From a virus, in IMG/VR virus record IMGVR_UViG_3300027797_000001, positions 32,001 through 96,000 of that record: a stretch of DNA of 64,000 bases; one strand, 5' to 3'. The position numbers and the translations under genes are program-made. Positions 48,001 through 58,500 of the stretch are shown one piece after another. Each line of letters starts with the position of its first letter. Within the stretch, counting starts at the first letter, position 1. The notes below the pieces were generated by a model, which saw only the letters and a list, made by a program, of their open reading frames with translations, had not been told where the DNA came from and did no database searches.

Positions 48001-51000
48001 ACTCCAAAGTTTGAGAATGCTACATACTTTGATATAGAAGAAGTATTAGCAGAAGATTATAGAAACTATTTGAGAGATAATACTTTATTTACAGGTTTTA
48101 TCGGAACCATATATAAAAAGATCAGAGATTTTTTAAGAACAATGTTTGGTAAAATTACCAGACAAGACATGACAAGACCTAGAGATATTGCCATTGTTAA
48201 AGAGTTATATGATAAACTATATAGGGGTGATATACTTGATCTAGAACCAAGTATGGATAACATTATGTTTACTAAACTTAATAGATCTAGTAAAACGATT
48301 AACTTATTACAATCACAAGAAGAAAAGTATTCTCCATTTAGCCCTAAAGAAAGTGACCACATTCTTAAAATGTTTGATACTCTCGTAGCAGATAATATCA
48401 AATATTACAATTCCAAAAATAATTCTAAGGCTGGTGTAGTTAGACTCTTTGCAGATAAAGATCTTAAAACAAAACTTTATTATTCAATAAAACAACAGTT
48501 TGCAGACATGGTCAGTGAGCTAATGTCAGAATATAAAACATTAGCATTAGCAAATAGTGATGACCCAGCTATACCGGAACTACAAGCTAAAATAGATTTA
48601 TTAATTAAAGCATTAGATAATTTTGGAAACATAGATGCTGCAATTAATGACAAGAATGTAGGTGGTGTAATAGGATATATTGTAAAGAAATCTAGATTTA
48701 ATCAAATTCAAGAAGAAGTAATTGAAGATCCCAATGATCTTGAAAACACACGTGTACTACAAGACTATAAGGGTAATGTAATTAATCCTAAGAACCTTGC
48801 ATCTCCTACCACCTTAGCTCTTATATCTACAACATTTAAAGTTGAGAAAACAGAGGACGGACAAGTTCTTCCTGTGTTAGATTATTTTGGACTTCCTCAA
48901 CTAGAAAATCTTGATGATATATGGAATAAATTAGCTAAAGTTTTAGCAGGTTCATTTGACTATACAGAGATGTATCAGAGATTGACAGACAGTCTTGAAA
49001 ATTATCCTGAGTTTCAAGATATACTAGATTCATTAAGAAGTCCTTCTGATTATGATTTTAAAGATAAAACACAATGGAGGTTAGAAACTAACTTTTGGCA
49101 AGACTTTAAAAAGCCAAGAGTTCCTTTTTTACAATATAATATCAATAAGAATATTGTAAAGAAAAAACAATTAGATGAAGAAACTGGAAGAGAAATATCT
49201 CCTGAAGTTGCAAATTATGAAAGTGTAGTTACTAATGCAAGCTTTGCCATTAATTCTGTAATATCTGATTGGAAATTTAATTTCATTACTAGCACAAGAG
49301 ATATTAATCCATACATAGATATTCAAGATAATCAAGTCTTACTTGATACTGGTAAAATAATTCAAAAGTTTTCTGATAGAAATGGAATTTTTACAGATAG
49401 TAAATCAAGAGAATTTTTGGAAGCATTAGGTATCTATATGGATAGATCAAGTGCTGAGATAAATGCAATCTTTGCTGATCCTGTAAAAGTTTCAAATGCA
49501 TTTTTCTTACCATTTATGTTTGATGTAATTAAGCTTGTTGACAAAGCTTCTCAAACAACAGATGTTGGTAAAGTTGCAGCTGCTGAGAAATTTAAAAGTG
49601 ATCCAGTTACATATTTGTTGAGAGGTTTAGGTGGTGCTGATACTAAAGCATTAGTAGAAAATGATGCTGCAAAGTATGATGTTGCTTCCAGGATCAAAGC
49701 TTTAGCTACTTTGCAAAATGCATACTCTGATGGCTATTCTAATTTTAGTGTACTTACTCCAGAAGGTAATCGTGTTTGGGAGCAAGTAGTTGATAATACA
49801 ATCACAAGAATTGTTACAGCTATTAACAAAGCTGAAGATTGGCAACAACTTACTAATGCAGCATCAGATCCTGATAATATGTTCCAGCATATGCGTTGGT
49901 TAGGGAATGAAAATAATCCATATAGTAAACACTCAAAACTTTTAAACTCCATATTTATATTGGATGTAGAGGAATCAGATCCATCATATGGTGCAAAGAG
50001 AACAAAGATAGAAGGTGGAAATTCTGTTCCAATTCAATTAAAAATAAATAACATCGGTGGTACTCAGCTTATTGTAAACAATGAGAATGATGGTACAGGA
50101 GCTTCTACAGCTTCATTAGATGCAACTAGTAAGTTTTTACAAGAGATGCATACCATGTTATTAAATGGTATTGAAGAATTCATGAGGCACGCATCTAAAA
50201 ATACTGCAATGTCTTTGAAGCCAGATGAAATAGAAACATATCCTGAAAAAACTGATAAACATTTATATGTAGATATTGATCTATTTAGTCCTAAATATCA
50301 AGGTCTTGGTGAGACAGAAGCATTTGAAATTATTCTTGGTTATATTGCTGGAGAATTAGAAAGGGTAAATAGATATAAAAACAATGATGATTATAAACAA
50401 TATAAAGGTTATAACAGAGAAGTTTATGATGACCGTGGTAAGGTTGTAGATGCTGGTTCTGTATTTACTGCATTTGATGATGTATTAAGTACCAAGGTAA
50501 AAGATGAACTATATAAAATAGAAGGAGATTTATTTGAAGCATTAGATAATAACCCGGATCTTAGACAAAGAATAGAGAATGATGTAACAGAATATTTCCA
50601 AAAAGAAACTGAAGCTAACTTAGAAAGATTAGAATCTGCAAGATATGTAGATGCAAATCTTTTTGATAAAACTTTAGATCCATCATTAACTCAAGCACAA
50701 AGAGATGAAATACTTGTTAAAGCCTACACGTATAATTCTTGGATACATAAATTTGAAACACTAATCTTAGCATACGGGGATCTTGTTCAATATGATCATA
50801 GTAAAGAAGAGTTCCATAAAAGAAATGCTGGATTAGGTTCAGGTGGTAGAGGATTTAGATCAGATGTACAAGCTATACAATACATAAACTCTTTAACAAA
50901 TGTTTATGCTGACAAATATGGATATACTCTTAGACCATATGATGGTACTCTGAGAACAGCCATAATGAAAGAAAAGAAAGTTAAAGAGTCTATTTACTAT

Positions 51001-54000
51001 AAAGAATATCTTAAAGAACTTACTGATTCAATAAATAAAAGAATTAAGAATAAAGTAAAAGCTGCTGAGATGGCAGAAACAGCTTTAGGAGAATATTTAG
51101 GTATGAAAGAGGGTGATGGTCAAGGTCATATCACTCTTGAAGCATACAGAAACTTAAAAGAACTTGAAGGTAAGTGGACAGATCAACAGGAGTTACTTTA
51201 TTTAAAAGTTGCTAATGGAGAAACTATTACTGCAGAAGATGTAATTGAATTCTTTCCTTCTTATAAATTACAATACTTTGGTGCAATAGATAGTGAAGGT
51301 TTGGCTATAACATCGTTCCATAAGTTCTCATTAGCACCTATTATTCCATTTACGACTGCTTCTAATAGCTATTTAGAGAAGCTGAATAAAAAAATGATGG
51401 AGCAAAATATAGACTATGTAACATTTGAAACTGGTTCTAAAGTATCTCACATTGGATCTGGAGATGTAGTAATTGATGAGAATGGTAATTTTAATGATGA
51501 TGTTGTATTTACAGAAAATAAAATCTTTACAGAATTCTTAAAGAATCAGACAGAAATTAATTCAGTTTATAAAGGAAAAAGTATATTCTCTACACAGTTA
51601 AGAAAGCTTATTCTTGAGGGTCTTTATGAAAAAGGTGTAATAGACACTACAGAGGAAGATAAAATTACAGATCCAAGAGTTAGAAAATATCTTAAAGATG
51701 TTGCTGAATATAGTGAGACATTAAGAGTTGAACTATTAGAAGAAATTGGATTTGAAAAAGAAGGAGATAAATATATTCCTAAAAATAAAGATAGCATAAC
51801 TAAACTTACAGAACTCATTAGAGAGAATCTTACAAAAGAAGATGTAGTTGGTGATCATCTTATAGATATTATAGATGTAACAGATAGCGGATCACTTGCT
51901 TTTGACTTATCTATACATCCAGAAGCAGTTAAAATTGAAAAACTTTTAACATCACTTATTAATAAAAGACTAATTAAACAGCAGTTTAATGGTGAGCCTT
52001 TAGTACAAGTATCCGGTGCTTTTTATACAGATGCATTTGGATTAACTGAGGGCAAATTTAAAAATGCTTCAGATGAAGATCGTAAAAAATGGATGGGTTC
52101 CAATGTTTTACCTACATATCATAAAAAGAAAGATGGCTTTACAGCTGCAATGAAAGTTGCTATTGCATTACAAGGTGATTATACCAACTTATTAAACTTA
52201 GAATATAAGGGTAATGTTATTGGAGATATAGACACATTGAATCTAGCTATTAAAGATGATGAATGGTTAGATGCTAATAATGGAGCTAACAGAAAAGCAA
52301 TAACAATGGTTGCAGTTAGGATTCCAGTACAGGGTCTAAACTCTATGGAGTTCATGGAAGTATATCATTTCTTACCACCACAAGCAGGAAATATTATTGT
52401 TCCTCCAACAGAAATAGTTGCTAAGTCAGGAGCTGACTTTGATATAGATAAGATGACTATTTATATGAACAATATAAATGAGGATGGTACAACACCAGAA
52501 AGATTCTTTGAAAATATAGAAGAGCTAAAAGATTATTTAAATGATCCAGAAGTATCAGATGATGAGAAGTTTCTTGCAATGAAATCTCAAAAACAATACT
52601 TACAAAACTCAATCATTAACAGTATGAAAGAGCTTTTAGAGTTACCTCAAAACTATGTCTCATTAATTACTCCTAATGGAACTTTCTTAGTTAAAGAACT
52701 AGCTGATGAATTATCACAGTATGTTATGGACTATAATCCATTTAATGTTAAAAATGGAAAGGAAAGAAAAGATGTTAAAACAGGTAAAAAATCTATTAGT
52801 CCAACCAGAGTTCTAGAGTCATTATATAACTTATATAAGCATGAGTCAAATGTAGTAGGTAAGAATACTTTGGGTCTTGGTGCTGTAGAAAATACATTCC
52901 ATACACTTATTAATTCTGTAGAGACAGCGGGTGGAGTTGCAATGCCAGATAGCTTTATGCATGGTAAAGAAAAAGATTTAAGAAAATCATTACTTTGGTT
53001 AAGACACAACATAACTAAAAAGAATGGTAAAGAATTAATATCTATTGCAAGTAGGTATGATGTAGATGGTATAAATAAAATTGCAGATATTATATCTCAG
53101 CTTATGAACGGCTGGGTAGATGTTGAGAAAGAGGCCTGGGTATTCTTTGTTCAAGGAAACTATGAAGTAGCACCTATACTACTTTACTTACTTAAAACAG
53201 GAGTACCTGTAGATGAGGCTGTATACTTTGTATCTCAACCATTAGTAAGAGAGTATGTAAAAGAACAACGTCTTGCTAAATCTACTTTTGCTGATGTATT
53301 AGGTAAAAAACCAGACTCAAGAAACTTTGTAAGATATCAAGCTGCGTCAGAAGTATTGCTAAATGCTTTACCAAAAGAAATGCATTCTAGTGTATCTAAT
53401 AACAGAAAGAGATATGAACTTGGTTTAGAACTTGCAGAAAGAATCTTTAAGTCAAAGAAAGAAAAGAGCTTTACAAAAAAACAAATGCTTGATCTTATTA
53501 CACAGACTAAAAAGAAACCGGAGACCGCAAACTCAGGATTATCAATTGCAATGTTCTTACACTATCTACAGATAGAACAACAAATTACAGGACTTACAGA
53601 ACTTAAAATGGCAGCTAATCCAGATACATCTACAGATGCTACGGCAGGAGAAGCAGAACAAAGTCTTGCGCAAATTGAAAGAGTAAAGACTAATACTAAA
53701 AATGAAGACTATTTATTTGATGCATTAAAAAATGACTCAATTATTAGCTCACTATTTAACTATGACTTAATTCTTTCACTTAATGAGATGATGTTCCCAT
53801 TAAGATATAATAGAGCTATCTCTGATTATCTAATGGCTAAGTCTGATGTTTTAAGAGAAGACTCTCAAATGATTTTTGGAGAAAATAAAACTGATGTATT
53901 TATGAATACATTCAGAAATGATATTATTAGTTTCTTATTTCAACAGGCAGCTAGAAAATTCAAGCTTGGAGATTCTTATAAATCATACACTCTAAAAAAA

Positions 54001-55554
54001 TCTGTACCAACTAAATTAGTAGATCAGTTAAAATTTGGAGCATTTGTTAAAAAAGATCCATCAGGAGTTACTACTATGTATATAGACCAGGCAGCTATTG
54101 AAAATGACTTTGATAGAGGTATATGGATTAATACATCTGAGGATCAAGACAGTTATATAAACAGAGGTTTATATCCACTTACTGAAGCACACTTTCATTC
54201 AAATGTAACTACCAACAAAGATGAGTATGTGAAATTTGTTACTGAAAGAGAGTATTTAAGATCTATTTATCCTAAGTCAGAGATAACTAAAACAATTCAG
54301 TTTGAAGAAGAATTAATAAATGTTAAAGGAGAGAAACCAGACTTATCTGAGGCTAAAGCAGAAAGCTATACTTATGAGAAAATCTTAGCAATTAAAGCTC
54401 TAGAAAATACATTAAATCCATATCACATGTTTAATGATCCTGTATATGCATATGCTGTACAATTCAATAAGCTAATGGAAAAATATGGAGAGATTAAAAA
54501 ACAATATTCTTTACTTAATAAATTAAAGCCTGAGCCTAATAAAGCTAAAAATATGTTTAATCTTTATGTGGCTGAAAAAGACTTTACAAATGATTCTTCT
54601 AACTTGTATTATGAAAATTTACAAGAGCTTTCAAATCCAGCAATTAAAAAAGTTGTTGATGAAAGACAGAATCAAGAGATAAGTGATTTCTTTGGTAAGT
54701 TATCTATGTATGCATTTATGCAGACTGGTATAAATAAGACCAAGTTTAATTTTAATAACATAGTGGATTTTAAAGAATACATGTATTTAATTAATGATGA
54801 GATAGCTACTTTTACTAAGGCATTAGAAAATTCTAAAACTGCAAATAAATTCTTAGATGATTTTTATAAAAGATTTGTTTCAGAAAATTCTAAAATAAAT
54901 AAAGACCGTGGTAGATATAAAAACTATCTCTTTAATGTAAGCATGACTGAGTTAGCAAAAATTGCAGATGTTGATACTAATGGTCTTACATTAACAGAAA
55001 GATATAAATTAATGGAGAGTAAAGAAGAGGGGCAATTTATATACGATAATATTAAGGCTACTCCAACAGATTATAATCTAATGCTTAGTAGAAATGAAGA
55101 TGTTACTTTTGCATATCCAGCTCCCGTAGTTGTATTGCAAGGGCAGTCATCTGGAATTGGAGACTCTGTAATTAGAAATATATCTAAAGAAATGTCAGTA
55201 GGTTTTGCTACATCATTGCTTGTAGATTCTGATGCACTAACTGAACTAGAGGCAGAGGATTATGAAGCAATTAAAAATTCATATGATGCAGCAATTGAAA
55301 GACTATTAAACTTAAAGAAAGATGGTAAAATGATTGCCTTCCCATTAAAAGGAATTGGTAATGCAGCAGCCATGCCTCAAGAATTATTCGTATATTTATC
55401 TAGAAGATTATACCAAGAATTTGGGTATCTAAATCCGGGCTCTACTATGTATAAAGAAATTAGTGAATTAGTTGGAGAAAAACAAGGGATATCTGATGCT
55501 GAGATATTAGCAGAACTTGGACTTGAAGAAGATCCTTTTGCATGTAAAATTTAA
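45028..55554 (+). CDS. giant virion-packaged DNA-dependent RNA polymerase (crAss/phi14:2 gp66 type) with accessory domains
   Basis: 3508 aa. Catalytic GADFDIDK (DFDID at 52435-52449), RIPVQGLNSM at 52318, and DGQG, TQLRK, GWVDVEK motifs. Zincin-like HEAWH at 47923-47937 with downstream EEVLAE. Confidence 0.9.
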   Translation: MACLLNEKDVLDIYSDIYENFLEVLDSKSKTPFSPIDYIKTMHSDIAENNDPKFALEVVQAIPQIMLQVIATRGDVRKYIALNNIDTNSLIKLSVDFEKIENVKKFIAGKMPSLSDVKSKIATKNKSDKEVKLKNPEDTSENSDNKVSNTKIEDPLTSTFQYAKAVNPDTATEEELEQRDPEKNTTHSVVKQIIGLFDNRPANSDEVIYQGTSVALRPMMLNMVPKEQLFSDDAKFLEENPEYNGIVVIISDVDGNILNFDEDGNLVDDGKIAYQYLRDLELKNSKISLMNRSGYKYELVSAEQTLKAEDKKEKERNGLGMSQKQKENRLIEIENEQKQKMNDLYRIRQFVMRNPEEVFTLKIIGGSYGNFKNKFIPLSETGLNLNEITLPIAAGPQKGYIKVRIKTKGAGGYIDHYVLLQRGDVTSEIADKIATILTTDAVYRGKPLSDLAKYTYANVFLDNAIEKNNIRIDLKKVNGFNELQVSIKGEKVDLDSPTAFDEIKNHLLKAVELGSKTYPANLNYNKDLIGGSFTDYIIKDGKVSTRKQDYFEFIKPYMKIEFSKLSGGFFMNSNSYLQFAVPEEILPPSKRNYSLASTTSTTNKVKEVETQDVEDEESVDVEPGEVVYNLKKQVGYALATENAQNTDVTLNIAVNFEQGEAKIAKRSAKNHVPVTLNKKRSTQKSFGNLTTIAGNVIKQLNRFKSDTLNVAGNDIVTSIFNGYTQQDLDQFMNQLFERIVNSDSLITPIKKIVTTGESGVPESAIKAAKKNGIGVEITVPTGWTFFVYRKNSANKKYKISNLEEFKARFGDAKVKTTAKRKTSSTINKTKSKFTKAKTTSRKTTPKKTTKQANKKVDTQLNKSAISTQFSLLSRLGERRELFKGDNDELNRLDTLERKVGNFFERLFTTKAQRDSIYKWWETHPMSKHVPLDIITGIVNSDAFATWSQHGITLHLANNATPIDLWHEAWHGFTQLYLTPEEKTKLYDEIRKTPKFENATYFDIEEVLAEDYRNYLRDNTLFTGFIGTIYKKIRDFLRTMFGKITRQDMTRPRDIAIVKELYDKLYRGDILDLEPSMDNIMFTKLNRSSKTINLLQSQEEKYSPFSPKESDHILKMFDTLVADNIKYYNSKNNSKAGVVRLFADKDLKTKLYYSIKQQFADMVSELMSEYKTLALANSDDPAIPELQAKIDLLIKALDNFGNIDAAINDKNVGGVIGYIVKKSRFNQIQEEVIEDPNDLENTRVLQDYKGNVINPKNLASPTTLALISTTFKVEKTEDGQVLPVLDYFGLPQLENLDDIWNKLAKVLAGSFDYTEMYQRLTDSLENYPEFQDILDSLRSPSDYDFKDKTQWRLETNFWQDFKKPRVPFLQYNINKNIVKKKQLDEETGREISPEVANYESVVTNASFAINSVISDWKFNFITSTRDINPYIDIQDNQVLLDTGKIIQKFSDRNGIFTDSKSREFLEALGIYMDRSSAEINAIFADPVKVSNAFFLPFMFDVIKLVDKASQTTDVGKVAAAEKFKSDPVTYLLRGLGGADTKALVENDAAKYDVASRIKALATLQNAYSDGYSNFSVLTPEGNRVWEQVVDNTITRIVTAINKAEDWQQLTNAASDPDNMFQHMRWLGNENNPYSKHSKLLNSIFILDVEESDPSYGAKRTKIEGGNSVPIQLKINNIGGTQLIVNNENDGTGASTASLDATSKFLQEMHTMLLNGIEEFMRHASKNTAMSLKPDEIETYPEKTDKHLYVDIDLFSPKYQGLGETEAFEIILGYIAGELERVNRYKNNDDYKQYKGYNREVYDDRGKVVDAGSVFTAFDDVLSTKVKDELYKIEGDLFEALDNNPDLRQRIENDVTEYFQKETEANLERLESARYVDANLFDKTLDPSLTQAQRDEILVKAYTYNSWIHKFETLILAYGDLVQYDHSKEEFHKRNAGLGSGGRGFRSDVQAIQYINSLTNVYADKYGYTLRPYDGTLRTAIMKEKKVKESIYYKEYLKELTDSINKRIKNKVKAAEMAETALGEYLGMKEGDGQGHITLEAYRNLKELEGKWTDQQELLYLKVANGETITAEDVIEFFPSYKLQYFGAIDSEGLAITSFHKFSLAPIIPFTTASNSYLEKLNKKMMEQNIDYVTFETGSKVSHIGSGDVVIDENGNFNDDVVFTENKIFTEFLKNQTEINSVYKGKSIFSTQLRKLILEGLYEKGVIDTTEEDKITDPRVRKYLKDVAEYSETLRVELLEEIGFEKEGDKYIPKNKDSITKLTELIRENLTKEDVVGDHLIDIIDVTDSGSLAFDLSIHPEAVKIEKLLTSLINKRLIKQQFNGEPLVQVSGAFYTDAFGLTEGKFKNASDEDRKKWMGSNVLPTYHKKKDGFTAAMKVAIALQGDYTNLLNLEYKGNVIGDIDTLNLAIKDDEWLDANNGANRKAITMVAVRIPVQGLNSMEFMEVYHFLPPQAGNIIVPPTEIVAKSGADFDIDKMTIYMNNINEDGTTPERFFENIEELKDYLNDPEVSDDEKFLAMKSQKQYLQNSIINSMKELLELPQNYVSLITPNGTFLVKELADELSQYVMDYNPFNVKNGKERKDVKTGKKSISPTRVLESLYNLYKHESNVVGKNTLGLGAVENTFHTLINSVETAGGVAMPDSFMHGKEKDLRKSLLWLRHNITKKNGKELISIASRYDVDGINKIADIISQLMNGWVDVEKEAWVFFVQGNYEVAPILLYLLKTGVPVDEAVYFVSQPLVREYVKEQRLAKSTFADVLGKKPDSRNFVRYQAASEVLLNALPKEMHSSVSNNRKRYELGLELAERIFKSKKEKSFTKKQMLDLITQTKKKPETANSGLSIAMFLHYLQIEQQITGLTELKMAANPDTSTDATAGEAEQSLAQIERVKTNTKNEDYLFDALKNDSIISSLFNYDLILSLNEMMFPLRYNRAISDYLMAKSDVLREDSQMIFGENKTDVFMNTFRNDIISFLFQQAARKFKLGDSYKSYTLKKSVPTKLVDQLKFGAFVKKDPSGVTTMYIDQAAIENDFDRGIWINTSEDQDSYINRGLYPLTEAHFHSNVTTNKDEYVKFVTEREYLRSIYPKSEITKTIQFEEELINVKGEKPDLSEAKAESYTYEKILAIKALENTLNPYHMFNDPVYAYAVQFNKLMEKYGEIKKQYSLLNKLKPEPNKAKNMFNLYVAEKDFTNDSSNLYYENLQELSNPAIKKVVDERQNQEISDFFGKLSMYAFMQTGINKTKFNFNNIVDFKEYMYLINDEIATFTKALENSKTANKFLDDFYKRFVSENSKINKDRGRYKNYLFNVSMTELAKIADVDTNGLTLTERYKLMESKEEGQFIYDNIKATPTDYNLMLSRNEDVTFAYPAPVVVLQGQSSGIGDSVIRNISKEMSVGFATSLLVDSDALTELEAEDYEAIKNSYDAAIERLLNLKKDGKMIAFPLKGIGNAAAMPQELFVYLSRRLYQEFGYLNPGSTMYKEISELVGEKQGISDAEILAELGLEEDPFACKI

Positions 55555-55558
55555 AAAA

Positions 55559-58500
55559 ATGGTTTGTAATTCTAAAGAAAACTCTATTCAATATTTAGTA
55601 TCAAAAGGTGCTATAAATGATGTTAGAAAAGTAATTGATAGAGACTTATTTGATAAGTTAAATGACAGTTTAACAAGGTATGCTGAGACTAAATATGGTC
55701 TTGATACTATGGGTGCACAGTTGTTTACGGCAGCTACAGAACAAACTAGATATTTAAAAGATACTCCAGCATATAGAGAATCCACATATTCTATTAAACG
55801 GGCAGTTCCTAATGAGGTATTATTTCAAAGACTAGATCAGTTAGTTACACAATATGAGAACAGATCTGATACAGATCAATCTATGTTTAATAGACCTTTA
55901 GAACTTGAAATTAATGCAGATATAAAAGAAGTATTTGCAGCTTTCCCTAGACTTGCTTCAGTTGGAACATTAGATCAATATAGAGAATACTTAAATTCAA
56001 GACTTACATTTCCAAAAATATTAGTTCATGCAACAGTAGTTCCTTTTGAAACTTTTGATGAGGATCTTACAACAATGAAATCAAAAGATTTGGGTTCCGG
56101 TTTATATGTCTCTGATCTTAAAAATAATTGGTCAAAATATCAAGAACAAAATAAACGTAATATATCAAGACAATTAAGAAATAATTTTGAAGATGCTCTT
56201 GAAGATTATTTTGACATGTCAATTGACGATATAAATGATAAATATTTTAAAAGGGTAGAGTCAAAGTTTATAAATCCAATATCTAAACTTAAACAATTAC
56301 TTGATTCTCGTTCAATTAATGCATTTGAATTTAATGATCAATTAAAAACTATTGAAGTTGCTAGACAGTATGAAATTTTTAGACTTGCAATTGGGGATAT
56401 AAAAAGTAAAAAAACTAAAGAGAGATTGTCAAAACTACTTGATAAAGTAATAACTCCATTTGCTATTTTAGATAAACCAATTAATCAATATTATGGATAT
56501 ACTGGAAACAGTATAAAATATGTTAAAGATGGATATTTAGAACTTAAAGGAAATGAAAAAGAATCATTGATCATTGAAGGTACAGTGAATGATGTTAAAC
56601 AAGCTGTTTTAAAAAATCCAAAAGATTATTTTGTTTTAGGTACTAACCCAGATATAAATGCATTTAAAGAGTTTGTTGCTACAACAAAAGATATGCCTAT
56701 GATGATGAGAGAATCATCAAAAATTACACAAGATGATAAAAGTTACTATAGAGGTCAAATAGAAAAACCTTTTATTGATAAAGACGGAAACTTAATTCTT
56801 TTTGGTAGAGAAGATGAGCTTTATAAAAAAGCAGGTCTTAAAAGTTATGGCATATCAATGACAGATAATTTAAAAACTGCTGTTGGATATGGAGAAGGTC
56901 AATTTGAACGTGAAAATCTATTATTTGATGATGTATGGGGATATGACGTAAATACATGGGAAGCTGAGGATGCTTACAATGAACTTCAAGAAAACGGATG
57001 GTGGTTAATTCAAATTCCTAAAAATATTAACTATGAGATAGTTAAAGAAGCTGGTGAAGTTAAAGTTATTGGGAATAAAATTATTGTACCAAAAGGTCAA
57101 TATAAAATTCAACAGTTTGCAGATAATGTAAAAGAAACAATAGAAACAAATGATTTTGATTTACCAATTTTTAAATTTGATGCAGCAACAATTGTAAATG
57201 CAAGATCAAAAGAAGTAGCTACAATTTTAGCTAACAGACTTGCATTAGGTTTAAAAGTTAATTACTATAATATTACAGAAGCAGAGGCTCGAGATATTCT
57301 TAAAAATAGTAAGATACCATATCAAGGTGAGCCAGCATTCTTTTTTGCGGGAACTGTTTATACTGTAGGAGATAATGTAAACTTAAATACAGTACTCCAT
57401 GAATTCTCACACCCATTACTACAGGGAATAAGAAAAACTAACAAAGGGAAAGAGCTATTTAATAAATTATATGCGCAGTTAGATGGTACTACAGAAGGAG
57501 ATGCAATAGTTAATCACTTAAAAGCAGAATACCCGGAACTTGAAGAAGGATCAGATAGATTTAAAGAAGAAGCTTTAGCTTATGCACTACAATTGCGTGC
57601 AGTAAACTTGGTAAATAATAAAATAGAGTCTGAAGGTTTTGATAAATTTATTAAAAACTTATTATATCAAATCAAGCAATTCTTAAAATCTATATTTGGC
57701 AACAAAGTAAATGTAGCCAAGTTAGATGTAAATACTTCTTTAGAGGAACTTGCAGACATGCTTCTTGAAAAAGATTTCATTTATGATACTGATAAAATAA
57801 CATATGATGATCTTGTAGCTTTTGCAAGATATACAAAAGCAAGGGTGGATTTTCTCACTAAAAATGCAAGTAAAAATGCAGTTACAGACTCTATTAATAG
57901 TTGGTATACATCTACTAATGCAGTTTTAGAAAGAGCAAAAAATTTTAAGGGTAATAAAGTAACAAGAGAAATTGTAAAAAATAGTTTACTTAGAAAAGGA
58001 ACTACTGAATTAACTCCTGGAATTAAAAGATCTCTTTCTGGATATCAAACAATTAATAAAGGAAGACAACAATCTGTTGATGAAGTTATAGAGGGTGCAA
58101 TAAATGCTGAAGAACTTAGAATTAAAGATCTAACTAACAGATCAACTGCATTTGTAAGCTCATTAGAAATTACAAATAATTCCATCAAAGAAATTGAAAA
58201 TGAATTAAAGTTACTTCAGAAAAAGAAAAATTTTGGTGGAAGATCTGATATTGCATTACTCGGTTTATATGAGAGTTCATTAACAAGATGGTATAGAAGT
58301 ATATCAGATGTTTATGACATATTAAAGAGTGACTTTAATATGACAACGGATAATCCTTTTTCTAGACTTTTAAATGAAATGTCTACAAACATTAGTGAGT
58401 CACGAAAAATTATTATTGATCTTTATAGAAAGAATACTAAGTATTTATTTGTTTCAATTACTGGTTACATGTCAGACTTTGTTAAAGATGAATTAAATAC

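Noticed and set aside
55387-55397. TTCGTATATTT inside the RNAP 3' end as an internal promoter
   Set aside because: No TTG/TTTA at the 19-20 nt spacing found in the other promoters; explainable by the coding sequence (FVYL).
55517-55558. TTG start giving a 2391-aa version of giant protein 3
   Set aside because: It overlaps the RNAP 3' end. ATG 55559 has an A-rich leader just after the RNAP stop and yields an MxC start like the RNAP's.
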